From assembly GCA_963845755.1 (NCBI GenBank), contig CAWJTV010000022.1, positions 64,001 through 128,000 of the forward strand: a stretch of DNA of 64,000 nt, in the 5' to 3' direction. The DNA comes from an uncultured Planctomycetota bacterium. GTDB taxonomy: Bacteria > Planctomycetota > Planctomycetia > Isosphaerales > Isosphaeraceae. Under the pieces are notes generated by a model, which had not been told where the DNA came from, searched no databases, and saw only the letters and a program-made list of their open reading frames with translations. The position numbers and the translations under genes were made by a program. Positions 1 through 10,813 of this stretch are shown here, piece after piece. Numbering within the stretch: the first letter of the stretch is position 1; the number at the start of each line of letters is the position of its first letter.

Positions 1-123
1 ACCGGAGAGGGGATCTAGCGCCAGGCTGCCTGATGCCAGGGCGGCCAGGCCGTCAAAGCTCTTGCGCATGTCGGCCGGCTGTTTGGCGAGATAGACGCGG
101 ACCGCGGCGCTCAGTCCGAACAT
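1..123 (-). CDS. tnpB: IS66 accessory protein TnpB, N-terminus (partial)
   Basis: Manual translation MFGLSAAVRVYLAKQPADMRKSFDGLAALASGSLALDPLSG contains the DMRKxFDGL motif of IS66 TnpB. Not in the ORF track. Confidence 0.85.
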   Translation of the reverse strand, partial: MFGLSAAVRVYLAKQPADMRKSFDGLAALASGSLALDPLSG

Positions 124-476
124 GGGCGTCCCTCCACGACCGCGATGAGATGGCGGAGGGTCAGGGGGTCGAATCCGGGGGCGACGGCGATCCGACGTCC
201 GTTGGAGAGGATGAGTTCGAGGTGGGGTCCCGAGGCGGCGCTCGGCGGGATGGGATCGGGAAGGATAGTGACCGGGAGGAAATGGCGGTCGGCACTGGCG
301 AAAGGACGATCGTCGCTGGGAGTGCGATCGGCCGGGGCGGGCTGGTAGAGATGCTTTCGGAAGGAGTGAAGCGAGATTTGGCGAAGGCGGCAGAACTCGG
401 CTTGAGTCAGACCGCTCCTGCGGAAATCGTTGAGGAGGGCATTCCATCGTAGATCGATGGTTCGGCTTCGAGACAC
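111..476 (-). CDS. tnpA: IS66 accessory protein TnpA (HTH)
   Basis: WNALLNDFRRSGLTQAEFCRLRQIS HTH, FLPVTI, and C-terminal LELILSNGRRIAVAPGFDPLTL; directly upstream of tnpB. Confidence 0.8.
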   Translation of the reverse strand: MSRSRTIDLRWNALLNDFRRSGLTQAEFCRLRQISLHSFRKHLYQPAPADRTPSDDRPFASADRHFLPVTILPDPIPPSAASGPHLELILSNGRRIAVAPGFDPLTLRHLIAVVEGRPCSD

Positions 477-569
477 GGCGTGATCTCCCTGACGGGACCA
501 CTGGCCCCGACAGCACTATCATCGCGGGGAGTCACGCCGCTTTGTAGATGCACTTCACCGGACGGACAC

Positions 570-1079
570 GCGTGAGCTGCGATATAAGGTCTCGACGCCG
601 GGATACCGTGTCGGCGAGGTGACGCTGGTGACGACGCTCCTGGACGCGTCGGTGTACCCGGCGGAGGCGCTGGCGGATCTGTACTTCCGGCGATGGCAGG
701 TGGAAGTTTATCTGAGAGACTTGAAGATCACGTTGAAGATGGATGTGCTGAAGTGCAAGACAGTGGATGGCGTGTTGAAGGAGCTGGCGGTCTTCGCCCT
801 GGTGTACAACCTGGTGCGATCGGTGGCGTGCCAGGCGGCGCAGGCTCAGGGCGTGGCTGCGGACCGGGTGAGCGTGACCGACGCAGTGCGATGGCTGGTG
901 GGCGCCGAAGGGGACGAGGATCTGTCGGTGATCTTGACCGTCCCCAAGCGGAAGGGTCGATTCGAGCCGCGCGTCAAGAAGCGCCGCCCGAAACAGTACG
1001 ATCTGATGACCAAACCCCGCAGAGAACTACGTAAAGAGCTTCTGGACAACAAGGTTGCAGCTTAAATTCGCGGCATTCG
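570..1079 (+). mobile_element. IS4-family transposase, C-terminal remnant interrupted by IS66
   Basis: Frame is open from 571 (RELRYKVSTPGYRVGEVTLVTTLLD...LYFRRWQVEVYLRDLK, YREK-like motif; PKRKGRFEPRVKKRRPK) to the stop at 1065, followed by a probable right end TTAAATTCGCGGCATTCG. Confidence 0.8.
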
Positions 1080-1124
1080 GGAGACTCCTCGCTTATCACC
1101 ACCCCTCGAGGACGGCGACCCACT

Positions 1125-1153
1125 CTCGTTCCCACGCCGAGCGTGGGAACGAG
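1125..1153. repeat. REP-like palindrome CTCGTTCCCACGC-cga-GCGTGGGAACGAG
   Basis: Perfect 13-bp stem. Related copies at ~15976-16026 and (degenerate) ~9961-9990. Confidence 0.7.
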
Positions 1154-1391
1154 GATAAATTGATATAAACTCTTAATGCATAGGGACTTGTGTTCTTTGA
1201 ATCTTGAATTCTGAATCGGCTATCCGATTTTTTCCTCAACCTCCGTGGGAAGCATCATGGGCTCGTCCGTGGCTGAGGGAAGGAGCCAGGTGCTGTACCC
1301 AGACGGATAGCTGTGCTAAAATGGGGAAACTAGGACTCCTGGCCACGACGATCGGGACCGATCCTCCTGGTGTCTCCGCCCCCGACGAACC

Positions 1392-2569
1392 TTGACCCAG
1401 CAGCCGAAGATTCCACAGGGACGGAGATCCCCACCCATGGTTTGGCGTCTGTTCCCTCGTCGTCGAAACCACAGCCGAACCGTCAGCCGGCGGGCGGTGC
1501 CCCTCAGCGAAGCACTCGAGCCGCGGACCGTTCTCAACGGATCCCGCATCGCGGCCGACGTGCGCGACGCGGTGTTGGACCATGTCCCTCGCTCCGCTCA
1601 CGCCCTCGTGAGCCGGCCCGATTGCCAGCCGGCCACGGGAACCATTTCTGGCGAGATCACGATCGCGGCGAACGGGAAGGCCATGAAGGACATTCCCGTC
1701 CAATTGATCGGCTCGAAAGGCCATGTGGTTAGAACCACCTGGACCAACGTTCTCGGAGAGTACCAGTTCGAGATCCCCAGGAGTGGTCCCTATGTCGTAC
1801 GCGCGGTCGCGCCGAGGCGGTTCCTCCAAACTTCCCCGACTTTCCTCCACGGCGCGCCCACGCGCTCGGCGCAAACCTGTCGTTTCAGTCGCCTATCAAT
1901 CTCACCGTGCCGCCCATCAGCCTCAGCCAGTACCTGACCATCACTTACAATGACATCGAGAATGGGCAGGTCGTCAACACGGGCCATGACCTCACCGTGA
2001 ATATCCCGAGTTCCGACGCGGACACCATCGACGTGGGCGGCCGACCATTCAAACTGGCGGCATTCCACTATCACGATCCGTCGGAGGATCAGGTGGACGG
2101 GAAGACCTACTCGATGGAAGAGCACTTCGTGAATAAGACCGCGTCGGGCGCGGTGACGGTGCTGGGCGTCTTCCTTCAGCTCGGCGCCTACAATCCTGCA
2201 CTGCAACCGATACTCGACGCCGTCTCGTCCGGTGTCGCTTCACCCGGCACGACGACCACCTCGACTCCGATCCATTTCGCCGGCTTGCTGCCATCGAACA
2301 TGGAGGGCTGGTTCTTTCAGGGTTCGTTGACCACGAAACCGTACTCGCAAGCCATCAACTGGTTCGTGTTCGCGACGCCCATCACCCTCGATTCCGCGCA
2401 GCTCGAGCGATACGAGCACATGGCCGAAGCATCCGGATTCTTGCCCAACGCCCGCCCGGTCCAGCCCTTGAACGGTCGTCAGGTCAACGAGTTCACCTAT
2501 AATGTGAACTTCCAGAGCCAGTCGGTCGCGGGCTTGAACTTTACCCTCGCCCGGCGTGCCAAAGCCTGA
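1392..2569 (+). CDS. Secreted alpha-carbonic anhydrase with N-terminal export signal and Cna-B/SdrD-like domain (frameshift ~1860)
   Basis: SEALEPRTVL export motif and a TTWTNVLGEYQF Cna-B-like segment. The second frame has FQSPINL, FHYHDPSE, MEEHFV, GSLTT and NARPVQPLNGR, all alpha-CA motifs. Confidence 0.8.
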
Positions 2570-2624
2570 ACGGATTGGCCCCGTCTCCCGGCGGAATGAG
2601 CCGATACCCGGCCACTCCTGCCGG

Positions 2625-3713
2625 TCAGACCGGTCCATAGGTGGTGTAAAAGCTATGGAAGTCGTTGTCAAATATGAAATTGGTGAACGATACGGTCACG
2701 GTGATGTCGAGTCCGTGGACGAAGTGAAGGCAGCCGATCGGCAGGAACAGGATCTCGCCCGGTTGAAGGATGAAATCGAGGATCTGCGGCTGTTCGAACG
2801 CAGGCTGAGACAACGGGGGCAAGTTTCGTCCGTCGACCTGGGAGAAGCAATGGAGAAGATTGTTCATCAAGGGAAGGTCCCACGACGGCGCGATCCTGAC
2901 GCGCTTGCGACCGATCACCTGGGCCATGAAATTGTTGGTGAGGTCGTGGTGGAACGGCGTGATGGTACCGGCCGGGCCCATCCAGAAGAAGCCGCCGGGC
3001 TGGTCCTGGCGTAGATACTCCGGGATCTGCACGATATCTTCCCACAACTCGACCAGGGCCTTCCGGTTGTAGGAATCGTTATTGGCCGTCAGATAGAAGT
3101 CGTTGGTCTCTCCGGCGTTGCGCACGATCTCGACGAAGTCGCCGAGTCGAATCCGCCGCATGAACTTCTCGGACTGGGTCTCATAATTGGGGCTGGAGTT
3201 CCGCCCCATCTGCACCTCGACCTCGCGCTCCCCAAACCGCTCCGAAAAGTAATCGAGACTCCATGTGCGCAAGGCCGGCCAGTCGTCCATCATGCCCGTG
3301 ATGATGACGGGCCGATTGGGGCTGTAGTATTCGGCGAGGAACTCGTCGCGTGAGGGCTTGTGCCGGCGCTCGACCGTGCCCGCCTTGGGGTGCATGCGAT
3401 TGAGCTTGCGATAAGTCGCGAGCATCCAATCGCGTTTTCGGAGCCGGTTCGTCAGCCGCTCCGCGGCCATGACGTAAGGACTTTGCCTCGCGAGATTGAT
3501 CTCATAGACGGCTTCCTGGGGAGCGAAGCCTTCGGCGGACAGGGTGTCCAGAATGCTCTGCGGCGTGGCGCCGAGCATCAGGTTCTCGGCGATCCAGCGG
3601 CGACAGCCGTCGTTGAACGCGCCGGGTGACGGGGGAGATGTCCGGGATGGTCGCCGTGGCGTAAGATACGCCCTGGACGACGGGATTGGATTGGGAACCC
3701 GGATGACGAACAA
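2625..3713 (-). CDS. JmjC/cupin-like 2OG-Fe(II) oxygenase (start uncertain)
   Basis: NRPVIITG..DDWPA, FWMGPAGTITPFHHDLTNN and LQPGEILFLPIGCLHFV give an HxD...H triad. Confidence 0.85.
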   Translation of the reverse strand: MFVIRVPNPIPSSRAYLTPRRPSRTSPPSPGAFNDGCRRWIAENLMLGATPQSILDTLSAEGFAPQEAVYEINLARQSPYVMAAERLTNRLRKRDWMLATYRKLNRMHPKAGTVERRHKPSRDEFLAEYYSPNRPVIITGMMDDWPALRTWSLDYFSERFGEREVEVQMGRNSSPNYETQSEKFMRRIRLGDFVEIVRNAGETNDFYLTANNDSYNRKALVELWEDIVQIPEYLRQDQPGGFFWMGPAGTITPFHHDLTNNFMAQVIGRKRVRIAPSWDLPLMNNLLHCFSQVDGRNLPPLSQPAFEQPQILDFILQPGEILFLPIGCLHFVHGLDITVTVSFTNFIFDNDFHSFYTTYGPV

Positions 3714-3963
3714 CGATCCGTGGCGGGTCCGGCGATCGGCCCGGATCGCGCGGATCTCCCGGCTCCCCGGTGGCGCCTACCAGGGTTTGAGGTCGCCGCG
3801 TTTCGCGAATAGGATCTTGTTCTGGATACATGACCTGGGATGATAACCTGTAGGCCTCGATCGGGAAAGGGGACTTGTTTCCGAGCAATGATCCGGATCA
3901 GCCGCCGGGATCAATCAGTCCGAAGGCCCATTCCCGTCGAGGACCCGTGTCGGAGGACGCGTC

Positions 3964-5046
3964 ATGAGCGAGCTCGATCGCCTGGCGGTCATCGAGGTCG
4001 GTACCCGGGGAATCCGCCTCCTGGTCGTCGAACGCCGCGACCCTCCCGACGGAATGGCGATCCTCCAGAGCCGGGGCGAACTTGGCAATCTCGGGGAGGG
4101 TCTGGACCAGAATGATAGGCGAATGCAGACCGAGAATATCCAGGACAACCTGGACCGGGTCCGTCGATTCCTGCGAATGGCTCAGACCCTGAGTGCGGAT
4201 CGGATCCTCCTGGTCGGCACGCATGTCTTCCGCCGCGCCCGCAATGTGGACGAGTTCTGTGATCACCTTCCCAAGCCGCTGTCGTTGCTCGTCCTGGCGC
4301 CGGAGGAGGAAGCCGTCGGCTCGTTCCTGGCGGTTTGCTGGGGACTTCGCGACGAGAGCTCCACGCGCGGACCACTGGTGGTGATCGACCTGGGCGGGGG
4401 CAGTCTGGAAGTCGTCGCCGGTCTTCAGGGCGACCCACCCCGGCCGATGGCGAGCGTTTCCCTGGGGAGCCTGGGGATCCTCGCGGTGCGGGAGGCCTGG
4501 GCACACGTCGCGGATTCAATGGACCCCGAGGACGGACTTCGCCGCTACCTCGACGCCGAGCTTGGCCGGTCTGCCGGCGCGGTCGCGGCATTGCGAACGC
4601 TCGGGGCAGAAAAGCCGGACGCCTCGACGCTCCTGGTCGCCGGCTTGGGTTCGACGGTGACCGACGCGGCCTGGCTCTTGTCGGGCAGGCCGCTCGCTAC
4701 ATACAAGTCGAAGGAGGTCAACGGCCTGCGGGCGACGCGCGCCGACCTGGAGCGATTGCGGTGCGAAGTCTTGGGAGACGCCCAACAGGGCGAGTCCACT
4801 CGATCGGCGATCTCGCACGATCTCAGGGATCCCCTCGCCCACCAACTGGGCCTGGCGACCTTGGTGGCGGTGATGGACGCCCTGGGTGCGCCGATCATTA
4901 CCGCGTGCGGCACGGGTTTGCGGTTCGGGCTGGCCTACGCGTTTCTCCACGGCATCCCGCTGGCGATGGCGCGTTCCGAACGGACCGCTCCTGACGATCC
5001 GCTCGGACCGGACTTTCTCGGCGAAGGCCTCAAGCCCGGAGATTGA
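3964..5046 (+). CDS. Ppx/GppA phosphatase family protein (divergent)
   Basis: AVIEVGTRGIRLLV, LGEGL, EEEA, VIDLGGGSLEV and GLRFG motifs. Confidence 0.8.
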   Translation: MSELDRLAVIEVGTRGIRLLVVERRDPPDGMAILQSRGELGNLGEGLDQNDRRMQTENIQDNLDRVRRFLRMAQTLSADRILLVGTHVFRRARNVDEFCDHLPKPLSLLVLAPEEEAVGSFLAVCWGLRDESSTRGPLVVIDLGGGSLEVVAGLQGDPPRPMASVSLGSLGILAVREAWAHVADSMDPEDGLRRYLDAELGRSAGAVAALRTLGAEKPDASTLLVAGLGSTVTDAAWLLSGRPLATYKSKEVNGLRATRADLERLRCEVLGDAQQGESTRSAISHDLRDPLAHQLGLATLVAVMDALGAPIITACGTGLRFGLAYAFLHGIPLAMARSERTAPDDPLGPDFLGEGLKPGD

Positions 5047-6060
5047 TCAACCGGCCCAGGTCGTGCGTGAGCGATTCGAGGGTCAAGTTCAGGGCCAGTT
5101 TGCGCTGGATGTGATACTCCGCTTCGAGGCAGCGGTCCGCCAGGACGAGGACATCCTCGGGCTCGAGGCGGCCGGCCAGCACCTCGACGGCGCGACGATC
5201 CGCCGCATCGGCGCAGGGGGGAGCCAATCCCGCGGTCTGCCAGAGGACGCCGCGAAAGAACCGCGACAGCTCGCCGACCAGCAGGCTGGCGCGCCGCCGC
5301 TGGTCGACCGATTCCTTGCCCGCCTCCTTGATGTGGCCGAGTAAGCGATGGGCCAGCGCGGGCGGGTCGATGCCATGGTCGGCGGCCAGCTCGTCGATGA
5401 GGCTGCGGCGGAACCGCTCGAGCTCGGCGTCGGCCAGCCCGATGGCTCGGCGGAGGCTCCCCTCGCCCAGAGCGGCCAGCTTCGCGGCGTCCTCGGCGTC
5501 CCGCGCCACGCCCTGCTCCCGGAGGATCGCCGCGATGTCGGCCTCGGGCAGAGGGTCGAACCGCACGACCTGGCAGCGCGAGACGATCGTCGGGATCTGG
5601 ACCTCGAGCGAGGTGCCGATCAGGATCAGCACGGCCCCCGGCGGCGGCTCCTCCAGGGTCTTCAAGAAGGCGTTGGCCGCCTCGTCGTTGAGGTCGTCGG
5701 CGTCGTCGAGGATCGCGACCTTGCGCAGGCCGCGGGCCGGCTTGAGCCCGAACTGGTTGCAGAGCTCCCGGATTACCTGGATGGGCAGCTCGTGCTTGTC
5801 CTCGGGGCGGGCGGCCTCGAGGAAGTCGGGGTGCGTGCCCGCCTCGACCTGGAGGCAGCCGGGACACGCCCCGCACGGGTCGAGGTCCGAAGCGGGCCGG
5901 GCTTCGCAGAGGAGGGCCTGGGCCAGCTTGCGCCGAAGGTCCGCTTGCCGATCCCCTCGGGACCGACGAACAGCAGCGCGTGCGGGAATCGCCCCTGCTG
6001 GAGGCTCTGGCGAAGTTCCGCCACGACCCGGTCATGGCCGCGGATCGAGTGCCAGGACAC
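5030..6060 (-). CDS. holB: DNA polymerase III subunit delta' (frameshift ~5930)
   Basis: HALLFVGPEGIGK, PCGACPGC..V..GTHPDF, ANAFLKTLEEPP and TIVSRCQ; located downstream of tmk. Confidence 0.9.
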
Positions 6061-6722
6061 GGCCTACCTCACTCTGGATTTGCTGGAAGACGGTTTCCGG
6101 GTCCGTCGAGGCATCGATCAGGATGATCGGCGCGCGATAGCACAGCGACAGGGCCGAGCGCCGGCCGGTGCCCTGCGCCGCCTCGCGATAACCTTGCCGC
6201 ACACGCACCTGGTAATCCGCCGGCCGGTCCTCGATCCGATCGCGCGCCTCCCCAACACGCCGCGCGGGCGACATCCACGTCCACGTCCAGGATCGCGGTC
6301 AGGTCCGGGCGAAGACGGCCCGTCGCTACGTCGCCGACCACCGTGATCTGCTCGACCGGCAATCCTCCCGCATACCCTTGATAGACGAGGTTCGCCAGCA
6401 GGAACCGATCGCAGATGACCACCCGCCCCGCCTCCAGCGCCGGCCGGATGATCTCCTCGACCATCTGCGCCCGGCTGGCCATGTACAGCAGCATCTCGGA
6501 GCGGAGTGAGATCGACACCGAGTCGCGGTCGAGCAGGATGCGCCGAAGCCGATCGCCGAGTGCCGTGCCGCCGGGGTCGCGGCAGGTGACGACGTCGAAA
6601 CCCTGGTCGCGGAGCCAATCCGCCAGTCGTGCGGCTTGCGTCGTCTTCCCGCCCCCATCCGGACCGTCCAGGACCAGAAAAAACCCCGGATGAGGATGCG
6701 GTTTATCCGTCTCTTTGGCCAT
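6032..6722 (-). CDS. tmk: Thymidylate kinase (frameshift ~6270)
   Basis: DGPDGGGKTTQ P-loop, RDPGGT, VVICDRF, YQG and RPDLT; the C-terminus (DRIED..Y..RVRQGY..IDAS) is in a second frame. Confidence 0.92.
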
Positions 6723-7002
6723 GCTCGACTCCCATCTTCACGTCGTGGTGGACGGCGGCTGGAAATGCAGATCCATCCGCCTTGCCCCTCACCAATCACC
6801 GGCCACTCGAGCGCCTCGCGAACGGGTTGCACACGCCATGGCGCCCGCGGGCGCGACCGCGAGCTGTGCACCTGAGAACAGGTCAAGGAACAGGTAAGGC
6901 GACCCGATCCTCCATGCATCAATGTCAGTTTTGTAAACAAAAGAATCCAATATCCGCATTCTTGGCATGTTGCATGCAACCCATCGATAATGCGTCCTAG
7001 CT

Positions 7003-7461
7003 TCACTTCCGACTCTCCCATTTGACGTAGTAGAAGAGGATCGGCTCGCTGCCGGTGTTGGTAATGCCGTGCGGGACATTCGGGACCGTATACATCACCG
7101 AGCCCGGACCGATCTTCGTGGTCTTGCCGTCACAGAAGATCTCGCCGTGGCCGCTCTCGATGATCATGACCTCCTCTTCCGCATGAGTGTGGGGCGCATG
7201 CGGCGACTTGCCCGGCTGCAACACGAAACGTCCCGTGACGAACTTGGTCGAGGCCGGCGTGTCGCCCGCAAGATAGACGCCGTTCTTGCCCACGGCTTCC
7301 CCCTTGTCGGTGAAGCCATTCATTTGGACCTGATCGAGATTGATCGTCCCGGACGTGGCTTGCCGGCTCGGCTCGAAGGCGAGTGCCACCTCGCGATACG
7401 ACCAACCGGCCGCCAGCACTGCAGCAAGACCCGCGAACCCCCACCGTTTGATAGCCTGCAT
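7003..7461 (-). CDS. Exported cupin domain protein
   Basis: Hydrophobic N-terminus; cupin motifs PHAPHTHAEEEVM and PGSVMYTVPNVPHGITN. Confidence 0.8.
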   Translation of the reverse strand: MQAIKRWGFAGLAAVLAAGWSYREVALAFEPSRQATSGTINLDQVQMNGFTDKGEAVGKNGVYLAGDTPASTKFVTGRFVLQPGKSPHAPHTHAEEEVMIIESGHGEIFCDGKTTKIGPGSVMYTVPNVPHGITNTGSEPILFYYVKWESRK

Positions 7462-7815
7462 GATTGGTTCTCCCCAGTTGACCTGATTCATCAAAGGCAT
7501 GATCGGGAACGCCGCGATCGACCGTCCCCAGGAGGCCCGAGATCCTCGTCGCCCTGAACTTACCCCGAATGGCAACCGCTCGCAACCGCCCGGACGACCG
7601 GCGCGAGGGATGTCGGGCGATCCCGCCCATGATCGGTCAACCGTCGAGGGATGAGCCCCGAATTCGGATGCCATCACGCGGAGAATTCGTCCACCTACCA
7701 AATTTACTGTACGGGTGTTGACAAATTGCCGATGATTCGTTTGAATTCCCGAATCCGGCCCACCTCTGTTCATGTGGACAGAGGGGGCCGGGACGACTCA
7801 CGACGGGAGGGTACC

Positions 7816-8295
7816 ATGGCGCAACCGATTCCGGACGGGAACCACGCGATTACTCCGCACTTGGTGATCAAGGGAGCGAGCGAGGCGATCGAGTATTACA
7901 AAGAGGCGTTCGGGGCGGAGGAACTCTGCCGGATGCCGTTCCCCGGACCGGACGGTCAGGTGAAGCTTGGACACGCCGAGTTGCAGATCGGCGACTCACG
8001 ATTGTTCCTGGCGGATGAATTCCCCCAGCAAGGCTGTCAGGCTCCGAACGGCAGTTCGCCCGTGACGATCCACCTGTACGTTGATGATGTCGATACGGTG
8101 TTCGACCGTGCGGTGAAGGCAGGCGCGACGGCTGCCATGCCGCCGGCCGACATGTTCTGGGGCGACCGGTTCAGCAAGATCGTGGACCCGTTCGGCCACC
8201 ACTGGTCGATCGCCACTCACGTCGAGGACCTCACCCCCGAGCAGATGCAAGAGCGGATGGCCGCCGCATTCGCTGGGGAACCCTGCAACGCCTGA
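7816..8295 (+). CDS. VOC family protein (PhnB/glyoxalase-like)
   Basis: ITPHLVIKGASEAIEYY, HAELQIGDS and DMFWGDRFSKIVDPFGHHWSIATH; GGGAGG RBS. Confidence 0.9.
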   Translation: MAQPIPDGNHAITPHLVIKGASEAIEYYKEAFGAEELCRMPFPGPDGQVKLGHAELQIGDSRLFLADEFPQQGCQAPNGSSPVTIHLYVDDVDTVFDRAVKAGATAAMPPADMFWGDRFSKIVDPFGHHWSIATHVEDLTPEQMQERMAAAFAGEPCNA

Positions 8296-8353
8296 TGAGA
8301 GTCGCTCGCATGGCGACGAGTCCCGCCGAGACCGCCGCCAGCGTCACCGAAAG

Positions 8354-8386
8354 GGAGGGGGCCGGAAAGGGGTGCCGGCCCACCTC
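8354..8386. terminator. GC-rich hairpin between convergent genes
   Basis: GGAGGGGGCCGG...CCGGCCCACCTCC imperfect stem between the VOC and methyltransferase 3' ends. Confidence 0.4.
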
Positions 8387-8534
8387 CCTGGTGATGTTGG
8401 CGCGGAAGTCCGTGATCCGACGAGAGACCAGGAGATGCCAGACCCCGCTGCCGTTCCAGGCCGCTGAAGTCCTCTCCTCCGGACCTGATCTGTTCGCGTT
8501 GCCGGCCAGGTCGAGCCGAGGTTGAGGGGCGTCG

Positions 8535-9564
8535 CTATGGGCGTCTTTCCATCAGCGAATACTGGGCGAACAGGTCTGACTTCAGGTCAATCGAGGATTC
8601 GCCCTGGTCCCAACCGAGCCGCGTGTGCCACGCGTCGGATCGCTTCCGAGTCATCGCGATCGAAGGCGAGGATTCGAAAACCCGCGGATTCCCAGACCTC
8701 CCTCGCAAACGGACAACGACCGTCCGCCCAGTTCTTGTAGGGTTGGCCCGGAGGGCTGGGCGCGGGGCAGATGTTGTAGATCATCACGCGGCCGCCGGGC
8801 TTCAAGGCGTCGTGAAGGGCCTTGACGAACTGGGCATCGTCCACTCCGAGGCCGAGGAGTTCGACGCGGTTCGACGGGACGCTCGGGATGAACGTATCCT
8901 CGTTTGAGCGTGTTCTTGGAAACGATCAGGTCGTAGTTCGTTCCTACATTCGATGCGACGGACTTGTCGGCAGGAAAACGCCCATCGATCAAGCGAAGCC
9001 GTCCGTCCCGGCCGCGCCGGCTCTTGACCGGCCCTTGATCTTCGGGAAGCGCCATAAAGGGCGGCGCAACAGGGGGTTGACGTCGAGGCCCGTGACGTCC
9101 GCCCCGAGGCCGGCCAGCAGGCGGAGATGGCCGACCGTGCCGTAGCCAAAGTCGAAGATCTTCATGCCCGAGACATCCTCCAGGCCCGACTGGCCCAGGA
9201 GATCGAGCGGCCGTGCGTAGGCCAGCGGTGATCCATATTTCGTCGTGTAGTAGAGCGCCTCGTTGACCGGAACCTGTTTCAGCGTGCCCCGCGCTTCCCG
9301 GGTCAGGGAGCCGGCTTCGGCCTCGGTCAGATAGGCTTTCTTCACTTCATCGAGGAAGAGTTTGCGAGGTGCAATGGCGGGGAGCGAGTCCGTCGCAAGC
9401 AAGAAGTCCCTGGCGAGCTTGGAGTTCACCAGCGGCTCCAGGGTCCTTGCCTCGCGGCGCAGGAGTGAGAGGCCCATCTCCTCCTGAGGCCGCTCGCGCT
9501 CGACGAGGATCGGCGACGAGCTGCACAGGCCGAGAACCAACGGGAGGAGGATGACGGGGTTCAT
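8535..9564 (-). CDS. Class I SAM-dependent methyltransferase-like protein with signal peptide (several frameshifts)
   Basis: KIFDFGYGTVGHL..ADVTGLDV motif I; YDLIVSKNTL; ALKPGGRVMIYN. Pieces lie in three or more frames; the reconstructed stop is at 8535. Confidence 0.7.
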
Positions 9565-10441
9565 GTGATGTCGCTCCCATGAGGTCTGTGCGCTGACTCC
9601 CATCGACTTCGGCTCATCCGACCTCCACAACATGATGCGAACGGCGAAGAAGGACGTCAAGGGTGAGGGTTATTCGAATCGGGTTGGGGTTCTCGCCTCA
9701 AAAGCATTGTCGTTTGGCAGGGCGATTCGCCTGGAAGTAGATTGGTCGCAACTCTTTATTCCCCAATCATTTCCAATCACGTAGCTCGAGCTTTCGTTTC
9801 GCCTTAACCTCGATCGAACCGGCGTGTACCGCCCCGTATACCCCGTTGTATGGGAGAGGAAGAGCACCGAGGTTCCCCCCTACCCCGCTCAAGGACGGTG
9901 TCTTCGGAGTGCTCGCCTGCCGGGTGCTGAAAGAATTCATGAGGCTGTCGCAAGGAAAACCGCGCTCCCACGCGGGTGCGCGGGAACAAGATCACCCGAT
10001 GTCCTCGCTCCAGTGTCGATTTTTTTCTGAAGAATCGCCTGAGCCACGTTCGGTTTTTTCATCTTAAGGTCCTTATTAAGGTAGACCAGAAGCCGGTCGA
10101 CTCTCGAATTGGCTCGATGCCGTCCACAGGCGCCGTAGGCGCACCGGTTGTGTAGCGCTTAGTTCGGCACAAGAAATCGATGGGTTAGGGTGGAAACCGA
10201 GCGGATTACCGGTCCGGACCGGATGCGCCGGCACTCCTGTTGGCTCGCCGGCTGAAGTGGACATGGACCCCAACAGCGCTCGGTTCCTCCAGGACGAAGG
10301 CGAGACGGGCACACCACGCGGCCCTGTCGCGAAAGTCTCGACAAACCGACTGTTATCTCGACTACCTGCGCCCAAATATCGCCACGACGCTCATGAAGTT
10401 GGAGATGTCGGCGATCGGGCTCAGTTCTCTCGGGTGCGAAG

Positions 10442-10813
10442 ATGGGCCAGAGAACGCGAACCCACCTGATCTCGATTCGGATCCTCCTGATCGCCACCGC
10501 GATCCGGGCACTCACGCCGGACTGGCGTGATCTGGCGTCCGAAAGGGCCGCGCATCTGCTCTGCCCGTTCCTGGACCCGTCCGGGACTTGCGAACACGAG
10601 GACCCCTCGGGGGACGACGTAAGCGGGCCCATTGTGTTCGGTCAGAGAGTGGTCGTGCCCATGCGACGCAACCGCACAGCGGGTCCCCGACTTGTGTCGG
10701 CCGGATCGGCAAAGCGGATGAGCAAGATTGATGCATTTCAATTTGCATTCCCCGGTGGCACGCCCCTGCGCATTAATGGCCTGGTTCTTCTGCTCTGCCG
10801 CCTCACCTGCTGA
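10442..10813 (+). CDS. Small hypothetical protein, hydrophobic N-terminus, C-terminal LCRLTC
   Basis: 123-aa ORF upstream of the ECF sigma gene; no family recognised with certainty. Confidence 0.45.
   Translation: MGQRTRTHLISIRILLIATAIRALTPDWRDLASERAAHLLCPFLDPSGTCEHEDPSGDDVSGPIVFGQRVVVPMRRNRTAGPRLVSAGSAKRMSKIDAFQFAFPGGTPLRINGLVLLLCRLTC

Larger units (their letters stand above)
1..569 (-). mobile_element. IS66-family element, left part (runs off window start)
   Basis: tnpA-like and tnpB-like ORFs overlap on the minus strand. The terminus reads GTGTCCGTCCGGTGAAGTGCATCTAC (ending at 569), resembling IS66 GTAAGCGTCC-type ends, and abuts a headless IS4 transposase. Confidence 0.8.

Noticed and set aside
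6969..6980. 12-bp palindrome GTTGCATGCAAC upstream of tmk
   Set aside because: Single occurrence with no adjacent regulator; insufficient support for an operator.
9915..9960. IS-end-like strings (GGGTGCTGAAAGAA, GAGGCTGTCGCAA)
   Set aside because: No transposase or matching partner repeat nearby.
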